From assembly GCF_964188315.1 (NCBI RefSeq), contig NC_135667.1, positions 25,110,001 to 25,174,000 on the forward strand: DNA of 64,000 bases, in the 5' to 3' direction. Positions within the stretch are counted from its first letter, which is position 1; each line of letters begins with the position of its first letter. The position numbers were made by a program, and so were the translations under genes. Source of the stretch: Podarcis muralis. Lineage: Eukaryota. The notes under the pieces were generated by a model. The model searched no databases and was not told where the DNA came from. It saw only the letters and a program-made list of their open reading frames with translations. Positions 48,138 through 58,699 of this stretch are shown here, in pieces.

Positions 48138-51100
48138 TTACTTTTTTACAACTAATGCCCTCCGCTTGATCGCGGCCGCAGAAAACTTGGCCACTTTCAG
48201 TGTTACTTCTGGGTTTTTATCTCCTAGTAGGATTTTCAGCTGCTGAGATTCAGATCGACCTGGAAATTTCTGAACGATAGGGGAGATAAACAGTGACCTG
48301 ATATCCCCGTAAAGGTCGCAGTGTAACAACACATGTGAAGCCGTTTCCACCTCCTTCAGACCACATGGGCAAACTCGTTCAGCATAGGGTGTGCCCTCGT
48401 ATCTGCCCTTTAATAAGGCAGATGGCAGTACATCAAATCTGGTAAGGGTAAACGCCCGCCTATATTTTGCGATTTGTAGATCCAGCAAATATGGGGTTAG
48501 ATTAAACCCTTTTCCATAATCTTGGATAGCTGGATATTTATCTATCTTGCTCATATGGTCCTGAAGCTCTACATCTCCTATTCGCTGGCTCACCATCATT
48601 TTAGCCTTTTCAAAACCTGAGGCTATAAGTTCTTGTGGGGAAAGCCCCAGGCCCTTCAATTTTTCATAAAGCGACAATCTCCATTTAGACTGGAACGGGT
48701 CTAGTAGAGTCAATGGAGCCACTCCCACTGGGAAAAATATGAGTTTTAGCCAGAAGTGAATCTTCAGGATCCATATCCTGGCATTAATAGGGAGTTGACC
48801 TACCTCCAGCCTAATGGCAGTGTTGGAGACACAGGTAGGTAACCCTAGTAGGGAGCGGTAAAATTTAGTTTGTACAGATTCCAGGGACTTGAGTTTTTGA
48901 GAATTAAATATCTGGGTGCCATACATCAATTGTGGAAGTATTTTTGCAACAAAGACCTGGGAGGCAGCAGGAACATATTGACCTCCTTTTCTGTAAAAGA
49001 ATCTTATGATAGCTCTGAAAGATCTTTGCGCATTTACAATGGAATTCTTAATCTGATGGCACCAAGATCCCTTCTCATCAAAAATTATTCCAAGATATCT
49101 AAAAGATGTTACTTGCTCAATAGGTTGGTTATTAATTTTCCATTTATGTCGGAGTTTTCTCTTGGAGAACACCATAATTTTTGATTTAGTGTAATTTATT
49201 ATTAGGTGTTCAGCTTCGCAATACTCTGTAAGAGCTCGTAAAAGTTTTCTTAGACCCACACAAGAGAAGGAAATAAGTGCCGCATCATCTGCGTACAAAA
49301 GGACTGGGATTGGTATGTTGTTTAAGTTTGGGGAATGAGTACTTGCTTCCTCCATCTTTCCGACTAAGGAGTTTATATAGAAGTTAAATAGAATAGGGGC
49401 AAGAACACAGCCTTGCTTGACACCATGGAAACTTTGGATTTCCTTTGATAGGTTCCCATAACGGTCGCATCTAACACGGATCCGAGTATTTTCATGTAGT
49501 CTACGGATAAGAAGCAAAAGACGTCTATCGATGTTTGTGGCATTTAATTTTTCCCAAAGTCTGTGCCGGGGTATCAAATCGAAAGCTGATTTGAAATCTA
49601 TAAAGGCTACATAGAGAGAGCCTCCTTTCTTTGAGGTGTATTTCTCCACTAGATGTTGCAATACCAGTCCTTGGTCTAGAGTTGATCTATGTGCCCTGAA
49701 ACCAGCCTGGGCTTCCTTTAGGATGTGCTCCTGTTCCAGCCAGTCCGCAAACTTTTCACGTAAGTGAGTTGCATAAAGTTTGCTAATGATGCTTAAGAGA
49801 CTGATTGGTCTGTAATTGGCTGGATCAAGTTTACAGCCTTTCTTGAATATGGGAACGATGATTGCCAATCCCCAGTCCTCTGGTATTATTGCTGTTTGAT
49901 CTATGCTGGTGAAAAGGGTGGCAAGGACTGGGGCCCACCAGTCAATATTGGCTTTGAGAAGCTCAGGAGAGATATTATCTGCTCCCGGGGCTTTTCTGTG
50001 TTTGAGTGCCTGAATAAGCCTCCTAATCTCCGCAACCGACACCGGAGGCCACTCACCACCTGCCGCACACTGTATTAGTGGCTGTGTCAAAGGCAGAGCT
50101 GAATATGAAGATTGGAAAAATGCCTCCCAAGTCCCTGCAGGTATAGTATACTCCACTTCTGAGGAAGTAGATCGCACTCCATTTGCTACCAGTCTCCAGA
50201 AGGTGGCCGAATCTCTCTCTCTGGATGCATCTATTAGGCATTTCCATTCTCTTTTCTGTGCCAGGAGTTTTTTGTTTTTGATCAAAATTTTATAATTTCG
50301 TTTATCTTCAAACCAGCCCGTGGGGAGTTGGGGTAAATTGGCAGATCTATAATTCTTGTATTTTTTCAGTAAGTTTAGCTTCATGTCCTGACATTCTTGA
50401 TCAAACCAGGGTTTGGAGTTTTTATATACTGAGGATTGCCTACTTGGCCTGTTCCTTTTTTCCTTCAGGGAATCTTGAAGGAGTGAAATTAACTCCTGAA
50501 ATAAATTTATCTTTAATTCATGGCTTGAGGAAGTTATAAGGTTTTCTCTCTTAGTGAGGAATTCCTTTGAGCATAGCCTACTTGAAATTTCCTTATGCAG
50601 TTCATCTGTCCATCTGATACGCGAATATCTGAGCTCCAAAGCTGTAGGGCTCGAATGCTCGATTTTCTCAGCGCAGGATAAATCCTTTCCCGCAGCTACG
50701 AGTGCACTTAATGGCAGATGGTCACTGTCTAAGCGCTCCTCCACTTTGCATTCCAGAACTTTGTTTTGAAGATCATACGACACGATTATATAGTCAATTG
50801 TGGAGGCGCCATTGTTAGATATAAATGTGAATTCTCCGACCTTCTCCCCCTCTGTACGGCCATTTAGTATAACCAAGTCCAACTTGTTGACCAAGTGTAA
50901 TAGGCATAAGCCGGCATAATTGCAGCCTTTATCCTTTGAGATTCTAGCTGGTATTGGGTGGGTTTCCTCTATAATGGGGACTGTTTCGTGGAAATGGGCA
51001 TACAAAGCCTCATCAGATTGTCCAGTTCTGGCATTTAGGTCGCCTGCCACCACTACAGAGGCATCAGGAAATTGATTTGATAGTTTGTCAAGATACTGTT

Positions 51101-51464
51101 CTAACTGAGCCCAAGTATTTCTTATCAATCTTTTCTCTCTTTGTGGGGGTAGGTATACGTTAATCAGCAGCAAGCTGTGGGTTCTCCACTGTACTTGCAC
51201 AGCTGTGGCCAGATGGTCTAGTGGGTCTAGTTTTTTAAATATGGCCCTTAGCCTTGTTGAGATTAAAGTAACTAACCCACCTTTAACTCGCCCCCCTCTA
51301 GTACTTAAAAGACCTGGGAGGGAGAACGCAGAAAAACCATTTAACTCCACTTCACTTGTGCTCCAGGTCTCCTGGAGAAACACAATGTCATGTCTCTGGA
51401 TATATTTAGCAAAGGATTGGTCAGAAACCCTCTTTTGCCAACCTGCAATATTCCAAGTTAGCAA
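48138..51464 (-). CDS. ORF2: APE endonuclease, RT and CCHC zinc knuckle (>=1108 aa, no AUG start)
   Basis: LTWNIAG, LQETW, VAGDLNAR, TIDY, SDH; RT KAPGAD, YRPISLL, FIDFKSAFD, KQGCVLAP, LYADD, FRYLG. The track start is TTG; first in-frame ATG is at 50384. Confidence 0.93.
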   Translation of the reverse strand: MLTWNIAGWQKRVSDQSFAKYIQRHDIVFLQETWSTSEVELNGFSAFSLPGLLSTRGGRVKGGLVTLISTRLRAIFKKLDPLDHLATAVQVQWRTHSLLLINVYLPPQREKRLIRNTWAQLEQYLDKLSNQFPDASVVVAGDLNARTGQSDEALYAHFHETVPIIEETHPIPARISKDKGCNYAGLCLLHLVNKLDLVILNGRTEGEKVGEFTFISNNGASTIDYIIVSYDLQNKVLECKVEERLDSDHLPLSALVAAGKDLSCAEKIEHSSPTALELRYSRIRWTDELHKEISSRLCSKEFLTKRENLITSSSHELKINLFQELISLLQDSLKEKRNRPSRQSSVYKNSKPWFDQECQDMKLNLLKKYKNYRSANLPQLPTGWFEDKRNYKILIKNKKLLAQKREWKCLIDASRERDSATFWRLVANGVRSTSSEVEYTIPAGTWEAFFQSSYSALPLTQPLIQCAAGGEWPPVSVAEIRRLIQALKHRKAPGADNISPELLKANIDWWAPVLATLFTSIDQTAIIPEDWGLAIIVPIFKKGCKLDPANYRPISLLSIISKLYATHLREKFADWLEQEHILKEAQAGFRAHRSTLDQGLVLQHLVEKYTSKKGGSLYVAFIDFKSAFDLIPRHRLWEKLNATNIDRRLLLLIRRLHENTRIRVRCDRYGNLSKEIQSFHGVKQGCVLAPILFNFYINSLVGKMEEASTHSPNLNNIPIPVLLYADDAALISFSCVGLRKLLRALTEYCEAEHLIINYTKSKIMVFSKRKLRHKWKINNQPIEQVTSFRYLGIIFDEKGSWCHQIKNSIVNAQRSFRAIIRFFYRKGGQYVPAASQVFVAKILPQLMYGTQIFNSQKLKSLESVQTKFYRSLLGLPTCVSNTAIRLEVGQLPINARIWILKIHFWLKLIFFPVGVAPLTLLDPFQSKWRLSLYEKLKGLGLSPQELIASGFEKAKMMVSQRIGDVELQDHMSKIDKYPAIQDYGKGFNLTPYLLDLQIAKYRRAFTLTRFDVLPSALLKGRYEGTPYAERVCPCGLKEVETASHVLLHCDLYGDIRSLFISPIVQKFPGRSESQQLKILLGDKNPEVTLKVAKFSAAAIKRRALVVKK

Positions 51465-51503
51465 GGCAAGGTTGCACGTTGTCTTGCCAAAAATTGATCT
51501 TAG

Positions 51504-53759
51504 TCAATTTGCCTTTGAAAGATTTTTTGGGCCTATCTTTTTATCTGTTGGTTGGATTTCATTCATTTTGGCAATGTCCATAGATGTATTATCGCCCAGG
51601 TACTCAATGGAATCAGTTGAAGGGTGCAGCGTGCTAACATTAGTGATCAGTACTCCTTTTTTTGGCGAATCTACCTTGAGGTGTTCTATTTGACTGATAC
51701 CAAGTTCATCCTCATCCAGGTATCTCATGCTGGTCCAAGAGCGCGTTGTGGTTGTCATAGGGATGGTTTCCTTCTTAGATGGTAGATTGTTGCTGTCCCT
51801 TACGCACTGTGTTAGATCTGTTGCTGTCAGGTTTATCTCTGCAGCTGCAGAGGTATTATAAAGGTAGTCTTTCATGGTTGCCATAAGGATGGTTTCCTTC
51901 TTAGATGGTAGTTTATCCCTTGCGCACTGTGTTAGATCTGTTGTTAACAGGTTTATCTCTGCAATTGCAGAGGTATTATAAGAGTAATCTTTCATGGGGT
52001 CTGTCTTGGCTTTTTCAGAGAGGTTCTCTTTCTTTAATTGGTCCGTTGCCGGTTCTTTCTCTCTTACTTTTTCCTGAGCATTCATCTCTGTTAGCTTATT
52101 TCTAAGGGTCTCCAATCTTCTCAAGATCTCAGATTGGGCAAGGAAAGGCAACAATCCAAACTGATTTATTAATGCCTTTTCTTCTGGATAGAAGTTATCC
52201 GTCCCCTCATTAGGCAGTCTCATCTCCTGTCTTAGTTTCAAGGACCCTTGCTCAGTATGTTCCAGTTTGTCTTTTGAGTGTCCTCTCTCCTCCTTTGGTT
52301 TACAAGTAAATCTTACCTCAGCTGTCGTAAACTCATCAGGAAACAATTTCAAACATGTGCTGTTTTCAAAAAATCTTGTTACCGTTATCCTTTTCTTTAA
52401 CAGCAAATGTCTTGATCTATATATATATTTAGCCAAGTTTTGATCTTTGAAGGAGGCAATCACTCGCAGAGAGTATCCATTGTAGAATATGAAATCTACT
52501 GAGGTAATGTCATTTAATTTTATTTTCCCTGGCAGCATATCATCTAAAGTATTCACAAAATGCACCGAGCGTTCTTCCTGTGTAAGGAAGCCCTTTGGCT
52601 TCGGGTAGTTAAGAAAAGCTAACTTCCTATCTGCCAACATCAGTTTCCATCCTTTATCCTGGGGCAAGTCTTGCCCTGCTACTGGCTCATCTTGAGATCT
52701 GCCATAATCAATGGTATGGGGTGAGTCTTCTTTAATATTTATGGATCCTTGGGGTTTCAGCATAGAGCACCCGGGTAGTGATTCCGTTTCCTCACTTGTT
52801 TTGTTAGGCAGCAATGATGTTTCTTTCAAAGACTTCAGCTGGATCTTTTTTCCTGGATCCACACTGTTGTTCTCTCTGCTGCCATGTATAGCAGGTTTGT
52901 TAGAGTTTGTTTTTGATTTTGTTGGAATCAGCTTATATAGTCTTTTCCAGCATACTTTACATGCACGTCGGTTTGTAACAGATTTCCTTGCAGTTTTTAT
53001 GTTCTTACTTTTCTTTTTAGTTTCAGCTTTCTTCTTATGGGATCTCTTACTGATGCCTCGCTTCTTTTGGTTTACTTCGATAGGAAATTCAGTTTTAGGG
53101 ACAGATACATACAACCCTATGTCCTTTCCTTGGTGTAAATGATTTTCCGCTGCTGATCCTTGTGTGCACTTGCTGGTTGCTGGTTGCTTTGTATATTCTG
53201 GCTCTTGAGGGGTGGTTGGTGGATCAACACCATGAAATTCTGAGCCTTTAGCTTGGAGGGGATAATTTTCCACTAATGTCAGGAGCAGCCCATTTGTTAT
53301 TGTTAGGTATTTTTTCATAGCTGCCAGATCCAGATTTATAGAGAGCAGCCAGTCCTGAGGATAGCAGTCATTGTTTTCCGTCTGGGAGCCCATAGATGAA
53401 GTCTGGGATTTCTGGGAGTTTCGGGTTTCTTCCTGTAACTCTGAAGATAATATCTCAGCCAAGACTATTTCATGGGCCAGGCTCATTGTATTTCTATTTT
53501 GGTTGTTATTCTCCGTGTCCTGTATTCCTCTAGAGAAGGTTGAGTGATCTTGAGCAGCAGAGGGAAAAAGAAGAGCCTCATCCTGCTTCAACTCAACCAT
53601 CTCAGCCATCTTTTGCTCATTTCCATTTCCATTTCCATTCTCGTTGTCCCTTGTATGTAAAAAGTATTGCGTGATTTTACTCTGTTTCTCATAACACTCC
53701 TGGAACAATGGGCTTGTCACTATCCCCAGGTCCCTACGTTTCTTTCTAGTAAGTACCAT
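51504..53759 (-). CDS. ORF1 (751 aa), probable nucleic-acid chaperone with RRM-like core and internal tandem repeat
   Basis: ATG at 53759, open to TGA 51504-51506. Basic Lys-rich region; RKLAFLNYP...RVIASFKD...ITVTRFF resembles the LINE ORF1 RRM/CTD pattern (inference). Confidence 0.8.
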   Translation of the reverse strand: MVLTRKKRRDLGIVTSPLFQECYEKQSKITQYFLHTRDNENGNGNGNEQKMAEMVELKQDEALLFPSAAQDHSTFSRGIQDTENNNQNRNTMSLAHEIVLAEILSSELQEETRNSQKSQTSSMGSQTENNDCYPQDWLLSINLDLAAMKKYLTITNGLLLTLVENYPLQAKGSEFHGVDPPTTPQEPEYTKQPATSKCTQGSAAENHLHQGKDIGLYVSVPKTEFPIEVNQKKRGISKRSHKKKAETKKKSKNIKTARKSVTNRRACKVCWKRLYKLIPTKSKTNSNKPAIHGSRENNSVDPGKKIQLKSLKETSLLPNKTSEETESLPGCSMLKPQGSINIKEDSPHTIDYGRSQDEPVAGQDLPQDKGWKLMLADRKLAFLNYPKPKGFLTQEERSVHFVNTLDDMLPGKIKLNDITSVDFIFYNGYSLRVIASFKDQNLAKYIYRSRHLLLKKRITVTRFFENSTCLKLFPDEFTTAEVRFTCKPKEERGHSKDKLEHTEQGSLKLRQEMRLPNEGTDNFYPEEKALINQFGLLPFLAQSEILRRLETLRNKLTEMNAQEKVREKEPATDQLKKENLSEKAKTDPMKDYSYNTSAIAEINLLTTDLTQCARDKLPSKKETILMATMKDYLYNTSAAAEINLTATDLTQCVRDSNNLPSKKETIPMTTTTRSWTSMRYLDEDELGISQIEHLKVDSPKKGVLITNVSTLHPSTDSIEYLGDNTSMDIAKMNEIQPTDKKIGPKNLSKAN
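51751..51997 (-). repeat. In-frame tandem duplication (126 and 120 bp) within ORF1
   Basis: MKDYSYNTSAIAEINLLTTDLTQCARDKLPSKKETI / MKDYLYNTSAAAEINLTATDLTQCVRDSNNLPSKKETI. Confidence 0.92.
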
Positions 53760-54211
53760 TTGTAAATCTTTGTTACCAATCAGGGTTATTCTTCCTATTT
53801 CAAAAACTATGTCTCTTAGGAAGTCGGAAGCTCCACCCAGCTATAGGCTAAGGTCCAAATTGAGGCAAGATTTGGGATAGCTGTTTGTAGTTTGTAATTT
53901 GATAGCTTATAGTTCAGAGCGTAACACGGAGTTGGCAATAAATCAGCTGTCACCCGTTTTCCTTATTGTCGGTCAGACTTGAGGAGCGTGGCAGCGCGGG
54001 GAGCAAACCCTCCGGACATCAAGATAACAAGGTAACAAAAGAGCTCTTTAGCAACAAGCTAAAAGGACTATTAAACTACTTAAAAAACTCTGGAGGAGTT
54101 AAAATATATTATAAAAGGGGTTTCAAAGGTTGGCTCGGTGTCGAGCCTGTTTAAAAAGCAGATTTAAGAACTTGCCTCAGATAACCTCCAGAACTCTGCA
54201 GCTAGTTCGGC

Positions 54212-54220
54212 GGCCATCTT
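54212..54220 (-). promoter_or_regulatory. YY1-type motif AAGATGGCC at +13 to +21 of the LINE 5' UTR
   Basis: Element starts GGAGGTGAGGGG AAGATGGCCG, with position 1 fixed by the TSD. Confidence 0.6.
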
Positions 54221-54642
54221 CCCCTCACCTCCGACCTTAAAAGGATATGTGCAATGATATGTATGGTCTGTGAATGGTCTGGACCAGTAGAGGGTACCTG
54301 CAGATCTTTCTGTTTGAGTGGAGAACTATAGGAAAGTTACACTCTTGGGGTCATCAGCACCATGACTAAGCAATGCTTGATGTCTCCAGCTGATTGCTCC
54401 AAAATTGATTTTAAGCTTTTTGAGCTGTTTCTGCTGCTTTTTCCATTATGTTGCCATACATTACCCCTGATGCTATTTTTACACCTGAAAACCAGGACAT
54501 GTCGGGAATTTTCCTGATGTATGGCAACCCTACATGAAAGTCTTTTGATGTTCTGCTCAAATAGGCAAAGGCAAAGATAGGCAAGGACCATTCTAGAGTG
54601 GTAGAGTATATGCTTTGGATGCAGGGATCCTTGGGTTCAATG

Positions 54643-54765
54643 TGGCTCATCTAGTCCAGCATCCTGTTCTCACAGTGGAAGAAGACCTGAGCACAACAAC
54701 ACTCTCCCCTCCTATGGTTTCCAGCAACTGGTACTGAGAAGCGTACTGCTTCTGACATAAAAGCT
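54643..54765 (-). mobile_element. CR1 3' UTR fragment
   Basis: tggctcatctagtccagcatcctgttctcacagtgg is the reverse complement of the CR1 3' UTR motif seen at ~45000. Confidence 0.65.
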
Positions 54766-55836
54766 TCATGTTCCCAAACCCTTTATGTTGAAAATAGGTT
54801 CCAGAGTTGAATGTTGGTTATTACTCAAAGAATCTCCAAGGTTATGGCCATAATCAAAAGGCATAGAATAATGCACCATTAGTTCTTCTATGTCTCAGTA
54901 GAGTGTGGCTTCTGGCTTAGGTGATAGAGGGCAATGTTAACAGACAGCAAATTGTCAGTTACTTAATTCCGTATTTCATTACCTTCCTTATTATATTATT
55001 TTCACTATTTCAGATTTCAGGCTCAGGTACCAAAATGTGTTAGTCTGGACAGTGGTGATTTCAAGGGGAGTGTGTGTAGATGTCTAGATGAAGTAATCCA
55101 CCCTACTGCTTGTAGGGTGGATTACTTCATAGAGGGCTAACTGGAACAAAACAATCATACTACCTAGTGTTGTAATGTAAAACTTGGGTCACTCATACTT
55201 GCACCTGCCAAGGAGCTGCTTTTTGTTTATATGATTCCACAAGCCTATAAGCTCTTACAGTCACCATCATGCTGTGAGGTCACTGATTCAGCAATGTAAC
55301 CCCACATAACCTGCCCTGCTCCATATATGTAGCTGCATATTCCTCAAGTAGCTTTGAACCATTTGTAATTGTACCATCCAGCTATGGGGGAACTCTATGT
55401 TGAAATCCAAGTTTATAAAGTGTGATTGTGGGATATGAACCATATTATTTTAGCATATCTCACTTACTTGTTTTTGCAGGTTGATGTGCAGCAATTAGCA
55501 GATTAAACTCTTCACAGCTTGGATACAATACCCTTTAGCATTCAATAACAGTCAAACTGCTGAATCAAACTGCTGTTAAAAGTTTGGGTGCTGGATTTTT
55601 TTTTTTGGGGGGGTGGTGGTTATCAGGAGGGTATCAATTTTAAGTGAGTGCTTTTCTTCCATCACAGAGTGAGACAGACCTTCCAAAAAAGGGTAGAAAC
55701 ACTGGGTGAACACTCTTGGAAGTGTTAACACTGCCAAGAGAAAAAAACTGTAAATGCTTAAGTGATCAAACTTATATCTTATACACACCTAATTTTTTCT
55801 TTCTTTTTTCTTTTTAATGTCTTAACAGATAGAGGT

Positions 55837-56769
55837 ATGATCTCAGAAAACCAAACTTCTGTCAATGAATTCATTCTCCTTGGTTTCTCTAATCCTCAAA
55901 TGCTCCAGAAATTTCTCCTGTCACTCTTCCTTTTGGCATATGTTTTAACCATAAGTGGGAATGTCACAATTATGACCATAGTCCAGCTTCATCAGCAACT
56001 CCAAACTCCCATGTATTTGTTCCTAAGCCATTTGTCTTTGATAGAAATTGGACACATGACAAACACTATCCCCAAAATGTTGTTCGACTTCTTAAAAGAC
56101 AGGAAAGTGATCAGCATGGTTGGTTGCTTCACACAGCTTTACTTCAACCTCTTCCTGGGCCTGACAGAGAACTTCCTGCTGGTGCTTATGGCTTATGACC
56201 GCTTCTTAGCCATCTGTAACCCTATGAACTATACCACAGTGATGAACAATAGAGTCTGTAAATCACTGATTCTTGGGTGTTGGGTGGGAGCTTTCCTTGC
56301 TCCCTTGCCCCCAACCATTGTTCTTGCCAGGCTGAATTTCTGTGGGCCCAATATAATTAACCATTTCTTCTGTGATCTTGCCCCAGTGCTGACTCTTCCT
56401 TGTGGGAAAAAGTCATTCATTGAATTTTTCTTCTTTGTGTTCACTTCTTCAATGGTTTTGGGTTGCTTTTTCTTAATAATAGTATCTTATGTCAACATCA
56501 TTGTGGCTATATTGAAGATGCCATCCAGTGGAGGAAGGCACAAAGCCTTCTCCACTTGCACTGCCCATCTTAGTGTAGTATTAATATATTATGGCTCAGT
56601 CATCTATATGTATGTGAGGCCTTCAGTGAAGGACATTCGTGATTCGGACAAAGTAGTGTCTGTCTTCTATTGTGTGGTGACACCATTTCTGAACCCTTTC
56701 ATCTACAGCCTGAGGAACACCAAGGTCCACGAAGCATTCAAAAGCTTAATAGCAAGGAGGAGAATTTGA
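55837..56769 (+). CDS. Olfactory receptor, OR11/OR6-like (310 aa), paralog of 45356-46294
   Basis: Intact ORF with the same motifs. Start MISENQT (ATG 55837) after acceptor cttaacag. Confidence 0.95.
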   Translation: MISENQTSVNEFILLGFSNPQMLQKFLLSLFLLAYVLTISGNVTIMTIVQLHQQLQTPMYLFLSHLSLIEIGHMTNTIPKMLFDFLKDRKVISMVGCFTQLYFNLFLGLTENFLLVLMAYDRFLAICNPMNYTTVMNNRVCKSLILGCWVGAFLAPLPPTIVLARLNFCGPNIINHFFCDLAPVLTLPCGKKSFIEFFFFVFTSSMVLGCFFLIIVSYVNIIVAILKMPSSGGRHKAFSTCTAHLSVVLIYYGSVIYMYVRPSVKDIRDSDKVVSVFYCVVTPFLNPFIYSLRNTKVHEAFKSLIARRRI

Positions 56770-58699
56770 TATTAGACGCCAAACTCAAGGTACAATGGAA
56801 TAAAATACAGAGCTTACTCTTTCTATGCCTACCTCCCTAAATGGTATCCTTTGTTCAGTCATAAACCCAAGAATTCAGTTTTATTTTGGGCCCAAACCTG
56901 AAGCTTGCCATCCATTCACTTTCTACATATCCTCTACCAAATAGTGTTACCCTACATGTTGCTTACCAATGTTCCTAACTGCAGAAAAGAAAGTAACTTG
57001 TGGAATGTTGAAAAACATGTTGCCTTCCAGATGCTGCAGGACTAGCACATCTGTCATCCTTGACCATTAGTTATGCTGGTTGGGGCCAATGGAGGCTAGT
57101 GTTCAACAATATTTGGACAACCACAGGTTTCCTGTCTCTGAACCAAGTCACAACTAAATGTTGTTGTTATTATTGTTGTTGTTGTTGTTTTCAAATAGAC
57201 CTTAATCTAGACGGCAATCTTCTACACATTTACTAGGGAGTAAGCCCCACAGAACAGCATTAAACATATTTGTAGACTGTTTTATTATTATTTTTTTAAA
57301 AAAACCTTATTTATAGATAAGTGTTCTAAGAAAACCTGTAAATGTTTTAGTGTTGCATCTGTATATGAGTTGAAGACTGAATAAATGTTCACGAAGCAGT
57401 AGATTTCCCTTTGATTATTAAATTACAGTAATTAACATTGGTTATCTTACACATTATTAGAAATTTGCTCTTCATATATAGGCACATGCACTTAATGTTA
57501 AGAGTTACTGCTAAATTTCAAGTTCCAGAAACTCAACCCACCCACCCCTCAAAAAAATTTCAAAGCAAAATTGAGGTTTTGTCTTCAAAGCAAAACTTTC
57601 AAAAGATTTCAAGGGAACCCCAATTTGTTAAAATTACTTATAAATTGTGTGTCATTCTACAAACCTATACATCGTGGCAAAAATTCATAAAAAAAAACAC
57701 ACAGAGAGAGAGAGACACAATTCAGAGCAAAGATGATGGTACCTTTCCCTTTGAAATATCAAACATATTTCACAATAAGGTATAACAGCCAGAGCTATTT
57801 CTCAAGGGTGTTTAGTACACTCTTCCTTTATACAGCACTATAGCAGAATACAACATGTTCTCTATGTGACTCACATTGCAAAATACCTAAGAAAAAATAA
57901 GGATCTCCTTAGAAACCTTTACCCAGTTCCCATAATGCATTTTTTATTGAACAAGGTGATGGGTTCCTCTGCCTTCATAATGGGGTTGCACCCAATTAAA
58001 CTCTACTCAAAGTTGACATATTGAAATGACCTAACATTGTCATTTTCATTCATTTCAATGGGCCTACTCTGAATCCTTAAGCTTTAAAGTATTTTTAGAG
58101 GTACCTCTCTTAAGGTGTAACATGTGCTTTTGCTGCTTGAGAGTCTTGCTGTACTGATTGATTTTATTATCTGGTGCTGTATTTGTATTCCATACAGTTT
58201 TAGATTGTAGTATAGCATTTTTATTGCAAGCATGGGTCTGTCCTGAGAGGCAATGGAGTGCACCTCCCAGGTTGATGTCAAACTGCTGTGTTAGCAGCAG
58301 CAAAGTGTCCTCCCTGGGGCACAGCCTGGGTAGTGTGTATGGAGGTCCTGGGCTGCGCAGATTACAAGACAGCCCTCCCTCCACATCTCACTGATATTGT
58401 CCAAAGGAAAGAAGAGCAATATTTTTGGCACCAGTAGTTGCCAGAAAGAGCACCATCCAACCGTCTTAAGGACTCCTTTCTGGATTTGTGTAGGGACAGC
58501 TTCAACTGCTGTTAATAAATCAATAATAAAATCAGCACCAGTATGCATTTCTAAATACCCATAAACACATGAACATGGTGTTAGAAATTTACTCTATAAG
58601 GCTATGCAATTCCTGGCTTTTCTCACAGATAATTTGCAGAAATTCTAAATGTAAATGCAAGGTAAAATATAACAACAAAACAAGTACATGAGATCATCC

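Larger units (their letters stand above)
47869..54232 (-). mobile_element. Full-length two-ORF non-LTR retrotransposon, RTE-X-like (6364 bp)
   Basis: Perfect 13-bp TSD gaccttaaaagga at 47856-47868 and 54233-54245; (ATTC)n tail after ctggtctatgaccgtaataaa; 473-bp 5' UTR; both ORFs open. Clade call from ILNGRxxG..GEFTF, QAGFR..RST.DQ and C-terminal CPC..ET..H.LLHC. Confidence 0.9.
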
